DNA of 64,000 nucleotides, taken from contig OZ176057.1 of the NCBI GenBank assembly GCA_964247055.1, positions 248,001-312,000 on the forward strand, written 5' to 3'. A program made the position numbers and the translations under genes. Positions 52,121 through 64,000 of the stretch are shown one piece after another. The stretch's first letter is position 1, and each line of letters opens with the position of its first letter. Source of the stretch: Paragordius varius. Lineage: Eukaryota > Animalia > Nematomorpha. The notes below the pieces were generated by a model, which saw only the letters and a program-made list of their open reading frames with translations, was not told where the DNA came from and made no database searches.

Positions 52121-54127
52121 TACATTGTATAATATATATAAATTAATAATCACGCCATCTCTTTATATTAAATACCATGTTATGGATATTATTTTCTTAG
52201 CCTACCTTGCAAACAGAAGTCATAGTACTCCCTATCCAGGAATAGGTGGCTTGAAAATTAATAGTATTATGGTTAAAATATATAACAAAGTATTTCATCA
52301 ACAAACAATCAATAATTACGAAAAGTTTTTAATAAAATGTCTGGAAGCGTAAAAAAATAAAAGGATTGATAAAGAAAACATTTAGGAGACTGAAGCAAAT
52401 TACTCTATAGAATAAAATAAAAAATGACATTACAAAAGCTATATCAAGCCCCTTAAACAAAAGGTTTACTATTAAAAGTGGAGAAACATGATTCAAATAT
52501 ACCAAAGAGGAGATTAAAATTGCTTTACATCCTAACATTAAGATGGGATTAAACATATATACCCATAATCATAATAATGATGTACCATTTGCAAAAATTC
52601 ACCCTTGAACGATACCATTTAACGGGCCTTGAAATTAAAAAATTGCTATTAAATTTTAACTAATATATCTAACAGGTTTCCTTTCAGTAGTCAATAAGGG
52701 TAAATAATTTAAAATCAATATGAATAAACCTAAAAATTTATTAATTTAAATCGTATAGCAGATATAAATAAATGCAAGAATGGAATGTGCAACGGATTAA
52801 AATCTAAATAAAAAAATTTGTTTTTGTGCTAAACTATTAAAAGATTAAAAATTTGTATCTACTACATGTATAATTTTTTATAAATAAGTGTCACTATATA
52901 AAATAATGAGTGTGCCGATTAGCATTAAATGCCAAAAAATAATGAGACATATATCAAGCAAAATAAAAAATTTTATTAGCGCAATCAAACTTCTTGCATA
53001 TTGAAGGAGCCTGTTACCATAGATTGAGGGATTGAATCCAATTCATCTAGATGGGTTAATATTCTTATAAATAAAAATATACATGATAAAAAACAAATTA
53101 AAATTAATCTTTGTAATTGGAAGGCAGCGATCTTAAGAAAATTTTTATAAATTATTTAATACAAAATTAACATTATAACCAATCAGGTTTTCATCCAGCT
53201 TTGCAAATAATAGTTTGTTCTCGGTTTGAGTCTCGTGGCTTTTAGATTTCAATGATATTCGTCTAATTTCCTTTGGGTTGTGCATGTAATATCCATGTCC
53301 ACAATTCAAAATACACGCAGAATGTATTCCACTATTAGGAGATATTAAGGTTGAATTAATGAACATTAAATTCTTCAGTGTTATGCTTAATAGATAAAAC
53401 AATATGGAGTTATTTACGTTTATACTTAGCAAAAAACACGCTTATAATTATATAAAACCATATATACAAATCTCTTTATGCCCTTATGGTGCTTCCATTC
53501 AATCTTAAACACTGTTTAAATAAAGACGAATATATAATTGTTTTTAAAAACACAACTTGAAAATGCCATATTTAAAAAAATGATGTAAAAGGCTAAAGTT
53601 TAAGTTGTCAGAAAAATACTGTCCATAGAAAGTAATCTATATAGTACAACTTTTAAACTATCTGATTTTTTATAGCCAAATTATAATTAACACTTCGATT
53701 CAAATTGGGGTATCTAAATACCCCAGACCAAATTTAAATTGAATATTTTAAAAAACTACTAAAGGAAAAGGTCCCATTTTAAATTTATGCTTCCATCCTG
53801 ATAAAAAATATGTAAAAATGCCAAAATACCTTGATAAAATTTTGTTTTGTAAAAAAAGTTTCATCTCAAACTGCTACGACGCCAGTTTTATTTTAGAAAA
53901 TTTTTGCAAAATATCGTCTACATTTAATTTTAAGGGTAAAATTAAAGCTAATTTTTAATATAAATTACATTTAACATTGATAGAAAAAGAAAGAGCTGTT
54001 TATTTTGTATTATTTTTTAATTTTACCATTTGACACATGTTACGTTGAAGAATATAAATTACTTTCGACACGTGAATAGTATAAAAATATAGATATTTAT
54101 TTAAAACGTATCATAGAATAAATAAAA

Positions 54128-54177
54128 TTCGCGAACGGTTTCGGACATTATAACGTGTGTCCGTCCTCAGCGTAAAA
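54128..54177 (-). ncRNA. Minimal type I hammerhead-ribozyme-like motif (inverted copy)
   Basis: The reverse complement reads CTGAGGA C GGACA-loop-TGTCC GAAA CCGTT CGCGAA. Confidence 0.5.
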
Positions 54178-54874
54178 AAATATATAAAAATTAGTATGGA
54201 TAAATACCATATATACAGAACATCACCGATCGCATAGCTCACACTTTAAAGCAATTTGACATTGGTGTGGGGTTTAAACCAGGTCTTAAATTAAAAACTT
54301 TTTTCTCAAATAATAATAAATCCAAATTAAATTATCCAGGGGTGTATAAAGTTCCATGCGAGTGTGGCAAGGTAGATATCGGCCAAACCGCAAGGAAAGT
54401 CAAAACACGCCTGAATGAACACAAGTATAACATAAAGAATGGAGATTTTAAGAGTTGTATTGCGGAACATTGTTGGAAGAAAATCATAATGTTTCCTTTG
54501 ACAATGTCAGTTGCATTACAATTTTCAATAATAATCAAAGGCTTACGCGGGAATCATTAGAGATTCTCAAAGGAAACAACTTTAACCGAGAAGAGGGACA
54601 AAAGATGAGTGATATATGGAAAGTCATGCTTCTTGATGATTGATCCCATATGGACTCTTTTGTTTTCCACTTAAAGTTGTTGTCCATTTATTCTTTGTGT
54701 CTTTTTTTTAGTATATGGTTATAAAATTAATTTATTGTTTGTTGACATGGTTTAAACCACTCGCAATGACAAATGGTTTTACTTATCATTTGTTAAGAGA
54801 AAAGAAACAACAATAAACGTTTTTAAAAATTGTATATAAAGCACCATTTTATCCATACTAATTTTTATATATTT

Positions 54875-54924
54875 TTTTACGCTGAGGACGGACACACGTT
54901 AAAATGTCCGAAACCGTTCGCGAA
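54875..54924 (+). ncRNA. Minimal type I hammerhead-ribozyme-like motif in the Penelope pseudo-LTR
   Basis: Core CTGAGGA (54882-54888), stem II GGACA/TGTCC, GAAA (54910-54913), near-palindromic ACCGT helix III with a GTT triplet, and weak stem I tttacg/cgcgaa. PLE pseudo-LTRs are known to carry such motifs. Confidence 0.55.
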
Positions 54925-56582
54925 TTATATTTATTCTATGATACGTTTTAAATAAATATCTATATTTTTATACATGTTACGTTGACGAAATTTTTACCAT
55001 TCGGCTTTAGCCTAAAATAAGTGATATCAAGTATTTTTGAATAAAATTTTTAATTATTTCGGTTTATTAATGTTAGATAAGTGCAAAATTTTCCCATAAA
55101 TTCGATCCTTCTATATTTTTTTAAGAATTTAATTTCAAACAGGCCTGGGGTATCCAACTACCCCAATTTGAATCGAAGGACTAAAATGATTGTGTTGTAT
55201 CCAAGTGTTAAATTTAATATTTTTTATTGAATAAAAGCCAGTCTCAAAATAAATATTATCAAAAAAAGCAAATGATCAGTTTGGAAGGAATCATCAAAGT
55301 TTCAGTAGCAGAACTGGTTATTTTTCATCACTTATTCAGGTCACGATAAAAAGTAATTTAATATTAATTTAATTTATGATATATCTAAAAACAGAAGGTT
55401 TAATATAATTAAAAATCATTTAATATTAAGGTAAAAAATAAATTTTTATAAAGCCTTAAATATCACAAACTTAATATTTAATAGAGCAAAACTACGCCAT
55501 CTATTTATAAATATTAGTCTTGAATATATGAATTGTGTTTTAGGGATTCTAACCGGGTAAAAAATTAGATCCGGAACCCGATTGGTTCCTTCTATATAAT
55601 TAGCGGTTTCATATTGTTCCCTAACTCTTCCTTAAATGATTTTCATACAACATTTTTTATATACTAAAAATTAATAAAGATAAATATTTTTTCTAAAGGA
55701 CAACAGCATTATCTTTTCTTGATTTATTTTCAAATGGAGTGTATATTAGTAATACAATCTATTATATATTTTACGATTGTTATTAAATGATTGTGGTGGG
55801 CTAAATTAAAGTTGGAAAAGCATGGTTTTAAAAAAATTGTACAAATTCATTTTTTACTGTATAATTAATCAATCGTAAATTAAAACATATTTTAGAAAAA
55901 TTAAGCCATGGCATCAAATTCATACATAATTAATATATTATGTTGTGAGTCGGTATTTATATCACTTCGCTATTCTAATCTTCCATGATTAAGTTTTAAT
56001 ATCTTTGCAAAACTTATGGTCAAAAAATTTTTATCAAACGATACACATTTAATCCTTTACTATTTTATCAAAAATATCAGTCCAAAGGCATCATGGATCT
56101 GGTAATTCCCGGTTTAATTACCACTACTATGTAACATGCCTCATTTTTTCCGTTATGGGTAATTAATTATAGACGCTCTATAGTTTGTGGTTTTGAAACT
56201 TAAGAATTCTAAAATTATTTATTAACTTTTAGATGTAATAAGTATTGACATATTTAAATTTATCGTATTTACTCTTTCATAAGCCATGAATATATAGTTT
56301 ATGGCGTTTGACCAAATTTCATTTATAAATAAAATAAATGAGATAGGACAATAATATTTTCTTTATAAAAATTAGAGTGGTACACACTTAATAACAATTA
56401 TATACAACTCGGTGCTTATAGATTTAACTTTTTAATTTTTCTCAGCAACCAAAATGAAACCGGTTGCGGAACCGTTAAAATTTTGGGCAGCTAACTCGGC
56501 TGCGGTTCTTTTTTCAAGCCGTCACTTGTTAACAGTAAGGTTTGAAATTAAGTTAATCGGTTCTATTACTGTTTTTTGATCA

Positions 56583-59500
56583 AATTGTAACGCAAAAAAT
56601 TAGCACATACTTGACATCCTCTTTTCGGAGACATTCAGGGAACCAAGCAAGCCGACGCAAACTATAATCATAATCTATGATGATATCAATTGCTTTATTC
56701 AACAATTTAGTAGTCGATGAAGGCTTTACAGGTGTCGAGATCAATTTAAAAATCCCGAATTCCCCGTGATTACTCAAGATGACAATCATAGAATCTTTGA
56801 GGATATGATCATAACCATTCCTGAGGAGGATTGGGAAAAATGCTTTCCGCATAAGGGAGCCCTCTTGGGCTGTTAAACGATATTTCGTTAGAGCTTTCAG
56901 TGCTGGCCATGTGAATAGCTAAAATATTTCAATGAACATAGAGTTTTAATACTACTGGAAAAACTGAAATTATACGGACAAAACGTAAATAAAGAATTTT
57001 TGTATAAAATTCAACCATACTTTTTTAAACCTTGATTTATTTCAATAAAAATCATCGTTTTAATTGTCAAAGTCTGAAAATATATTACTAAAACAATCAA
57101 TATTTTATTTTATAACTGTAACTAAATATCTTAAAAATTAAGGTTTTGTAAAATATGGTTATCTTTTAAATAAAAATATTTTTCTTTATATTTTTACGTT
57201 TTCGCCGTATAATTTCAATTTTAAAGTATATTTTGCATAGTGTTGTAAAATAAATATGACCTTAATTTGTTCCTCCGAAATAATCAACAATTTTAAATGC
57301 ATTTTTTTGACGAGAGAGATCAGTTGTTGTTGAGAATTTAAATTGGCATCTATATTCAATGGTAAATATTAATAAGTAACTAAAAATTGACTCTTTTGAA
57401 AAAAATAAAACAAAATTTTTACTTAATTCGCATTTTCTATATACGACATGGGAATTGGAGTGATAATAACCAGTCGAAAAAATGTTTGCTTTTAAAAATG
57501 AATCAAAAATATTGAAGTTTTCTCTATTTCCATTAACTTCATCAGGTGAGAAGAAAATATTTGTCGGAAATTCGCAAATACTTGAAAGAGCAATAACCGG
57601 GGCCCCGTGTTTTAAATGAAGTTCTTTGACAAATTTATAGTTGAGTGGTTCTGCTTGAATCACTTCCACTTGACTATATGTATGCAAAACAAAATAACAT
57701 ATTATTACCTACTTATATGATGCCATGTTAAAAAATATAATTCCCAAAAATGATTGGCACTGCATTCATTTATTGAAAACTTATTAAAGAGTAGAAAAAA
57801 TGAAATTGGGTTTAACATTTTTTAAAAAACGGCTTTATACCTAAATTTTAAGCTTTAATGATTGTTTTTTGCAAATTTTACTGTTTTAAATCTCAAAAAA
57901 TAACTCAAAAATGAAACTTACTCAATATCACAATTCTGAAGGTTAGAATCATTTATACCGGAATGATGTTTGCTCAAAACCTGGAATGCAAAAATTTTGC
58001 TCCCAGCAGTCCCGAACCAAACCCAGCTAAATGAAGTGGTATGTTTAAGCGTGTCTTTCATACTACCAGGTGGAGATGCCATCACAATTGAATTACAAGT
58101 AAAAATGTGAATGGATTTCACAAGAGCCGTATTAATTTCTGACAACTGGATATTATTATTTTTCTTTGGTGAAACTGCATTATTAATAGCTTCTACATTA
58201 CCGTTGATATTCAACTCTTGGGAACAACCATTAGTAGTAGTTTGAGGTGTCAAGTTATTGAGTTTATTTAGCGTTGGTCGAGCTTCGATAGCCCTCTCCT
58301 CAGACATGGAAGCAATCATTGTTTTGTTCAATTGATTTATCCTTCTTTGGCCATTAACACAAACTGGTTGTTGTTGAGTTAGACAGGGATTAATATTATT
58401 ACGTAAATTTCTTCGGAATGAACGATTCACATTGCTGTGGGAGAATGGTTGATAATTACCCCCTTTATTGCTAATTGAGGAGAATATAAATAAAGAAAAA
58501 TAATTTTTAAAATAAATATCGAAATCATAAAAAGTAAACGAATAGTCATATAATCCAGTGGTCGGCAACCTAGAGCTCGCATTATTATAATTGATGGATT
58601 ACTAATATTTAAAGTGGATAATGAAATTTGCCATTAAATGGTAGGACATCCTTGAAGCATTTGCCAATCGTTTTGTGCTATTTGGCTATTTTTAGATTTA
58701 ATTTAGTTATGAAAAGATATTTTGCTGTCGGATTGAGTCCCGAGTCTGGCTGAGTTCTATTGAATAATATTTTATTATATAAACGTGTCTTAACATCTCT
58801 TAACCGGACCTCCCCATTATAATCAAAATTTTTTGATTTGTTTAGGAATTGAGTTTATGGTATGGGTTTGTTTGAAATTAGATGGACGGTTTGCGAATAA
58901 TATTGTTTTCAGTAATTGGATTCAGCGTAGAATCTTGATTTTAACATCAGCCATTGTAATTTGACGAATTTATCGTTTGTTTTATATTTTTCATTATAGA
59001 TATTTATATCGCTGTTTATAAGGTTAGATTTTTATAGACTATAAGAAGTCAGAGTCACTTTTTAAGTTTGATTAAATAAAAGAGCGTTTCTGCCGCAAAT
59101 ATAAATATCTTGGCCGAGAGAAGTGCCTTATCGGTAATAATGCCGCCCCGTTAGCGAAACCCAGGATGCCCTGCGAGGAATCAGTATTATCCTTCCTTAT
59201 ATTTTCTACATAATTTAAGTTTTTATCGTAAATAAAAAACTTTTTCCTTTGAAAAATTAAAATATTACTGATTGTTTGCAGGATCATGAGAGTAAGGATT
59301 ATTGTTGATTAAATGTAAAACATCCAAATTGCCTTGAATCAGATCCATTTTAAGTTTCCGAAGACGTCGGAACGATTGTCGCAAAGTTTTTTTCAGCGAT
59401 TTTTTCATACTGAGGCCCGTGTCCCCACCCGTTATGGTTTCTGTGGAATAAATGTAAAAAAATTTATGTAAAAAGCACAATAGAAATCAATGTAATGTAA

Positions 59501-62500
59501 ATTTAATTACCTGTGGCATTAGGGTTAAGGGTGCATTTGCTAAAGATTATTTTAGCGGATCCTTTTATGTAACTTTTGGCTTCCATCAAACAAGAGGAAT
59601 CAATAGGACAAAGTAGTTGTTTAAGGATGAATGCAAATGAGAAACAAACGAATCCATGCGCTGTACCCAAAGCTACAAAAGCCGAACCGCTAAATTGAGG
59701 CGGGCTAATAGCCAGGGCAGTTATAGCGGATGGTGGCCATACTTGCAAAATCGTTATATTTGCGCTATTATTGATAATCCCATCATCACTTTTATCAATC
59801 GCAGTAGAACAGTTTTTGAGTGGAGTCAAACTTTTTGGACCTTTCCACACAAATTTTTTTGCTCTAACAAAAATTGAATAAAACAATATATTTTGATTGT
59901 ATAACATCAAAAATCTAGGAAAAATAAAATTAAAAAATTTTGACAAGTATGAATCCTTTTTATTTAGTAAGGTTTTTTCTATTTATTCATATATCTGTAA
60001 TTAAGACACCTATAAAAATTCAAAACCTAAAAGCTAATGTGCTAATAAATTAAACAAAATATCTTACACTTCTTTAACCAAATCTTGGTGAAGCCAATCT
60101 ACTTTGTGAGCACATTCATTATGGAAAGATTCCGAATCATTATTACAATCAGATAAATGTGTAATTAGTGAACTTAAATGTTCAAATTCAGTTTGAAGAA
60201 ATTGTTTCAAATCAGAGATAACAATACATTGTCCTGAGGCACCGGCTAATGTTAATGTCCATTGTGTGCCGAAATTCGGATTCTCTCCTTTAAAACAAAA
60301 AAATAGATTAAAAAATTATGAACAAACGAATAAGAATCCATCCAAAAGACTAAATTTCTATCAACTGAGGAAAATAATATTTTATTAACCTGGAACTGTT
60401 TTCAAATGTTATCAAATTTTTCTTCGAACAAAGTATATAAAATTGGTGATTTATTGCCAAAAAATATCATAAATGTAATGTGGTATATCTTTCCTATTTG
60501 TAAAAATAAGTTCTAAACGGCGTTTATAAAGCTATAAGTTATACTTGATGATATGGCTAATAATGTATATCGTTTCGAAGAAAGTATAATTAATAATTAA
60601 ATTGTCTTAATCGAAAAATGGAATAAATTTTGACCAGAATGGTTAATATACTTAAAAAATTTGGGTGCCTATATTCAACCCTGATTTTCTAAAGCGATAC
60701 AGACAATATTTTTTCATTATTATTATGAAAAATTGATTAGCTTAATTTTCTGTTAAAGAGGCATATAATAAATTTATAATGCTCCATTATTTTGTATTCA
60801 TAGTCATATAATCGAAATATCCTAAATTTTATAACCAAAATTAAAACTATTTGGAAAAATGTAATATGAATATCTTATTATTTACCGAAAAACAGTTTAC
60901 TGATACTCTACTATTGATATATAACAATAAAAGAAAAAAATATCTAAAATTTAAACAAGTTTAACCAGAGAATCCAAATTTAAATTAAAAAATATTAATA
61001 AAAAGGTATTGTATTACCTTGGTCGTTAATAGGTCCATTTATGTAATAATAAGGCGTGATTTCAGTTTTATGAATTGCAAAGCGTGGATCATCGGAATAA
61101 GGATCGAAATGTCCGCATTTCAAAATCATTTTGTAAGGAATCATAATTTTCCCATCTTATATGTGTATGAAATAGTTAAAATTTAAATAAATTAAAAATC
61201 TAGAGTAAATGCAATTATACGGACAAAACGTAAAATATAAAGACACATTTTTTTTCTAAAAGACATACTACAAACCTTAATTTATCCAATAAAAATCATT
61301 TAAATACGATTAAATACATAGATTGTGTTGTCATTATATACTTTTATTTCATATTTTACAGTTTTAAACAATTATAAAATCAAAAAAAACCTAGAAAGAA
61401 AAGTATGGTTATCTTTAAGAAAAAATATTTGTCTATATATTTTTACGTTTTGTCCGCATAAAAATTTTACCATAAAAGGACATAACATATGATGTTTAAA
61501 ATGATATTTTTGAAAATTTAAGATGACTTTTTTAAATCCTTTTAGGGTTTATACTTTACAAATTAGAGCCAGAATAGTAAGACAAATTAGTTTAAATAAT
61601 TTTATTTTATGAAATATATTAGTATGTTAGTTTTTATATTCCGTATTTATTTCGAGATATACCTTGTAAAGTTACAGACAAATTTTGTTCATAATCATCA
61701 CTAGTATTTTCTTCAAAGTGAAAATCTTGAATGTTATAATTGTTTTTCAACAAAAGAGATATTTGAGTTTTTGTGTTGTCTCTATGTTGATGTGGAAACG
61801 AGCCTTCACAAAAAAATTGACTTGTCGATATACTATACAGGAGATAAGCTTTGCTAACATTTTCGCCCTCCTCTGGGAAATACCAAAATTTTGCAGTTCC
61901 ATTTTCATGGCTAAATTTTGTATGAATATTGAATAAATATTAAAAAGGAATCTCTCATAATTAATTATCTATGTAATTAATTGCTAAAAATAGTCAATAA
62001 TGTTAAACAAGGAGCGTTTACAATTTCATATTTCCTATTAAAACATCGTTATTATATATACCATTTGGAATTCAAATTCACCCTCAAATAAATATTTTTT
62101 TAATAGAAAAACTACCAATATTTTTATATATTTTTAAAAAACAAAAACTTTGTTGAAATTAAAATAACAATGAAAAATAAGAAACTATACCATAAAAATA
62201 TATTCTATATTAATAATGAGTTATATTTCGAAAACATATAATTTATTTTGGGGTGAATTTAAATCCTTCAAGGGTGAATTTGAACTGTAATGGTATATAT
62301 AAGTAAGTTGGTCAATTATAAAAATAATTATCCCTTACCTTTTATTATGGCTTGGAAAATTTTTCTCTAATGCATATTTTGTAAATAATTTGATTAAAGT
62401 TAAAATCTTTTACGATCCTTAGTATCTACTGTATATAATTCATACCCAGTAATACAGATATCTCCATGGTATCCAACATTGTTAATCAAATCAAGTTCAG

Positions 62501-63670
62501 AATCATTATTTAAGCAATCATTTATATAATTTTGTTGGTTTAGTAGTTGGATAACTTTGCGTTTATGTTCCGTAAAGGTATTTATTAATCCCTCATTCAA
62601 ACCCTTTAAAGAAATGTATTGCGTTGACGTGATAGCACTTGAATGCAAACAAGGCAGGTTAGCATTTTGAGATTCGCGAATAGCAAAACCTAAGTAAAAA
62701 TTAACATTGAAATGGCAAAATAAAATTATTAATAATAAAACTTATCTCCCTTGTTTATAGATTAATTTCGAAAAATTTGCGCAAAACTAGATAAGAGATT
62801 AAAGCACAAATAATAAAATTTTAAAGTCTAAAGTTAATATAGAACTGTAATATAAAAATTATATAAGGTTGTCAATTTTAGTTATGAGATTAGCCAAATT
62901 CATTTGCCCTTATTTGATTTAGCAAATTACTGACTCTAAACAAAAAATAATTTTGGGATAATGCAATCTATTATGCTTTAAATTAAGGATGTATGATTAA
63001 ACATAATTTTCCCTTTACTATATTTTAAGCCTTAGCTCTCCAAATTTTACTTTAAAACGATTAATTTTAATATGTTAGGTTGAAAATTATAACCAAAATA
63101 AAATAATCAATAATACAGGTAAAATACTTTTTGCAGTTTCATAATGCGAATCTTGGATATGAATAGAAACGTTATAACACAAATATTCTTCTTCCGTTAA
63201 AATAGATAATTTAAAGTTGTGTCGTTTGTCTGTAAAAAAAAACATTCAACAAAATGAAATCATCGTAAAGTAAAGACATTATATATAAAAATTGTCTATT
63301 AAATAACTTTTTTAAAATGTCAAAAAATTTATTTTAATCATATCAAAATTATTTAATTTATATTATTATAATTAAATTTTATACCTGATATAGCATTTTT
63401 GTCTCGAGAAGACTGTTGAATCATAATAGGTGACAATTTATAATCCAAAATTTTGGATGACACGTCCAAAATTTTTAAAATTTTTATGGCACCTGTCGAT
63501 TTTTGCAATTCACGGGGCGCATACGTTAAATAAGCGATCGTAAGGGTGTATTTATCATTAAAGCCCTCATCTTCGATATGTGAATTACTATCTTTGAATC
63601 CAATATTTTTGGGTAAGCCCCCGACAAAAGTTAAAAGACACCTTGAACAATCAGTTTCTTCTAATGGCCT
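56583..63670 (-). CDS. lgl: Lethal(2) giant larvae homolog (Lgl/LLGL, WD40), partial: 5' exons lie beyond the window end and the last exons are unresolved
   Basis: FVGGLP, HSSAIT, ITG|HENGTAKFW, GHFDPYSDDPRFAI, LTLAGASGQCIVI, WKG, PPSAITALA, VALGTAHGF, KCTLNP, the aPKC-site stretch LSMKKSLKKTLRQSFRRLRK, WFGTAG, ELHLKHGAPV and CLRKEDV are all collinear with Lgl. Confidence 0.9.
58556..58575 (+). mobile_element. hAT/Charlie-like terminus CAGTGGTCGGCAACC in an lgl intron
   Basis: Motif resemblance only. No partner end was found. Confidence 0.3.
62061..62293. mobile_element. MITE family 2 copy in an lgl intron
   Basis: TA|CCATTTGGAATTCAAATTCACCC...GGGTGAATTTGAACTGTAATGG|TA. Confidence 0.75.
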
Positions 63671-64000
63671 ATAAGTAATAAAAATGATATAAATAAAATT
63701 AAATTAAGCGCAGAGTTAACATAAAAGGTAGAGTAAATACAAAATTATAAATAATAGAAATAAAAAACTACTTATATTTTATTATAAAACAATATTTTTG
63801 ACATAAAAATTTTCCTATATAACATGGCAAACAATTTACATCTTTATTGTTTTAGCAATTCAAATTAGAGATCGTAGAAGGCTGTCTAAAAAAATAGAAA
63901 AATCCTTTAATTTTTATGTTTTGTCCTTAAAATAAAAAGGCAATATTGTTTAAACCCTTTTTCGGGTATATGTCTAGAATCAAATTACACGCCTTATATC

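Larger units (their letters stand above)
54079..54973 (+). mobile_element. Penelope-like element 3' fragment (GIY-YIG endonuclease) between inverted pseudo-LTR arms (54079-54204 and 54848-54973)
   Basis: GVYKVPCECGKVDIGQT.R....RLNEH and, after a frameshift, RLTRESLEI..GNNFNREEG. Inverted arms of about 126 bp. A 14-bp direct repeat ACATGTTACGTTGA at 54035-54048 and 54972-54985. Confidence 0.8.
53691..55207. mobile_element. Non-autonomous piggyBac-like element (TTAA|CACTT...AAGTG|TTAA) carrying a nested Penelope-like insertion
   Basis: TTAA at 53687-53690 and 55208-55211. Subterminal inverted block cttcgattcaaattggggta / taccccaatttgaatcgaag. A second, uninterrupted partial copy lies at 2655-3193. 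Confidence 0.6.

Noticed and set aside
52125-53432. Several 75-95 aa AT-rich ORFs in the track
   Set aside because: They have low-complexity I/F/K/N/L composition expected by chance in very AT-rich DNA, with no motifs and no splice-consistent chain.
11980-62293. MITEs as introner-like elements that create introns
   Set aside because: In the cases examined, the GT donor and AG acceptor lie outside the TA-flanked element, so these are insertions into existing introns.
1-64000. Alternative genetic code or general stop readthrough
   Set aside because: Conserved exons of ATP5PD, JAK, CHST, MFSD12 and lgl read without internal stops once the tiny introns are removed, and the completed models end at ordinary TAA or TGA.
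1-64000. CRISPR array, prokaryotic operon, or tRNA/rRNA genes
   Set aside because: No regularly spaced repeat-spacer array or structured RNA gene was seen. The genes are spliceosomal and metazoan.

Overview
Very AT-rich animal (metazoan) genomic DNA with spliceosomal genes. Many introns are ultra-short (21-40 nt); in the genes parsed most closely, the longer ones are short introns inflated by two abundant TA-flanked MITE families. I parsed splice sites by hand, because the ORF track misses most real exons. Recognisable genes are ATP synthase subunit d (10643-11271 +), a Janus kinase-like gene (20008-39998 +), a carbohydrate sulfotransferase (41728-42941 -), MFSD12 (45179-50184 +) and lethal giant larvae (about 56.6-63.7 kb -, 5' end beyond the window). 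Mobile elements include Harbinger, hAT-like and piggyBac-like remnants, RTE LINEs, a rearranged Ty3/gypsy fragment, and a Penelope-like GIY-YIG fragment with two inverted hammerhead-like motifs. The two most striking observations are: (1) an unannotated minus-strand gene (11350-16480) whose 3' part is a run of 19 consecutive symmetric phase-1 micro-exons (9-45 nt, all multiples of 3), a micro-exon-gene architecture; and (2) a JAK whose normally active JH1 domain also looks like a pseudokinase, with both Mg-binding residues replaced by His (HGDLKACH; HFG instead of DFG). The organism cannot be identified from the sequence alone. An invertebrate, possibly parasitic, is an inference only.
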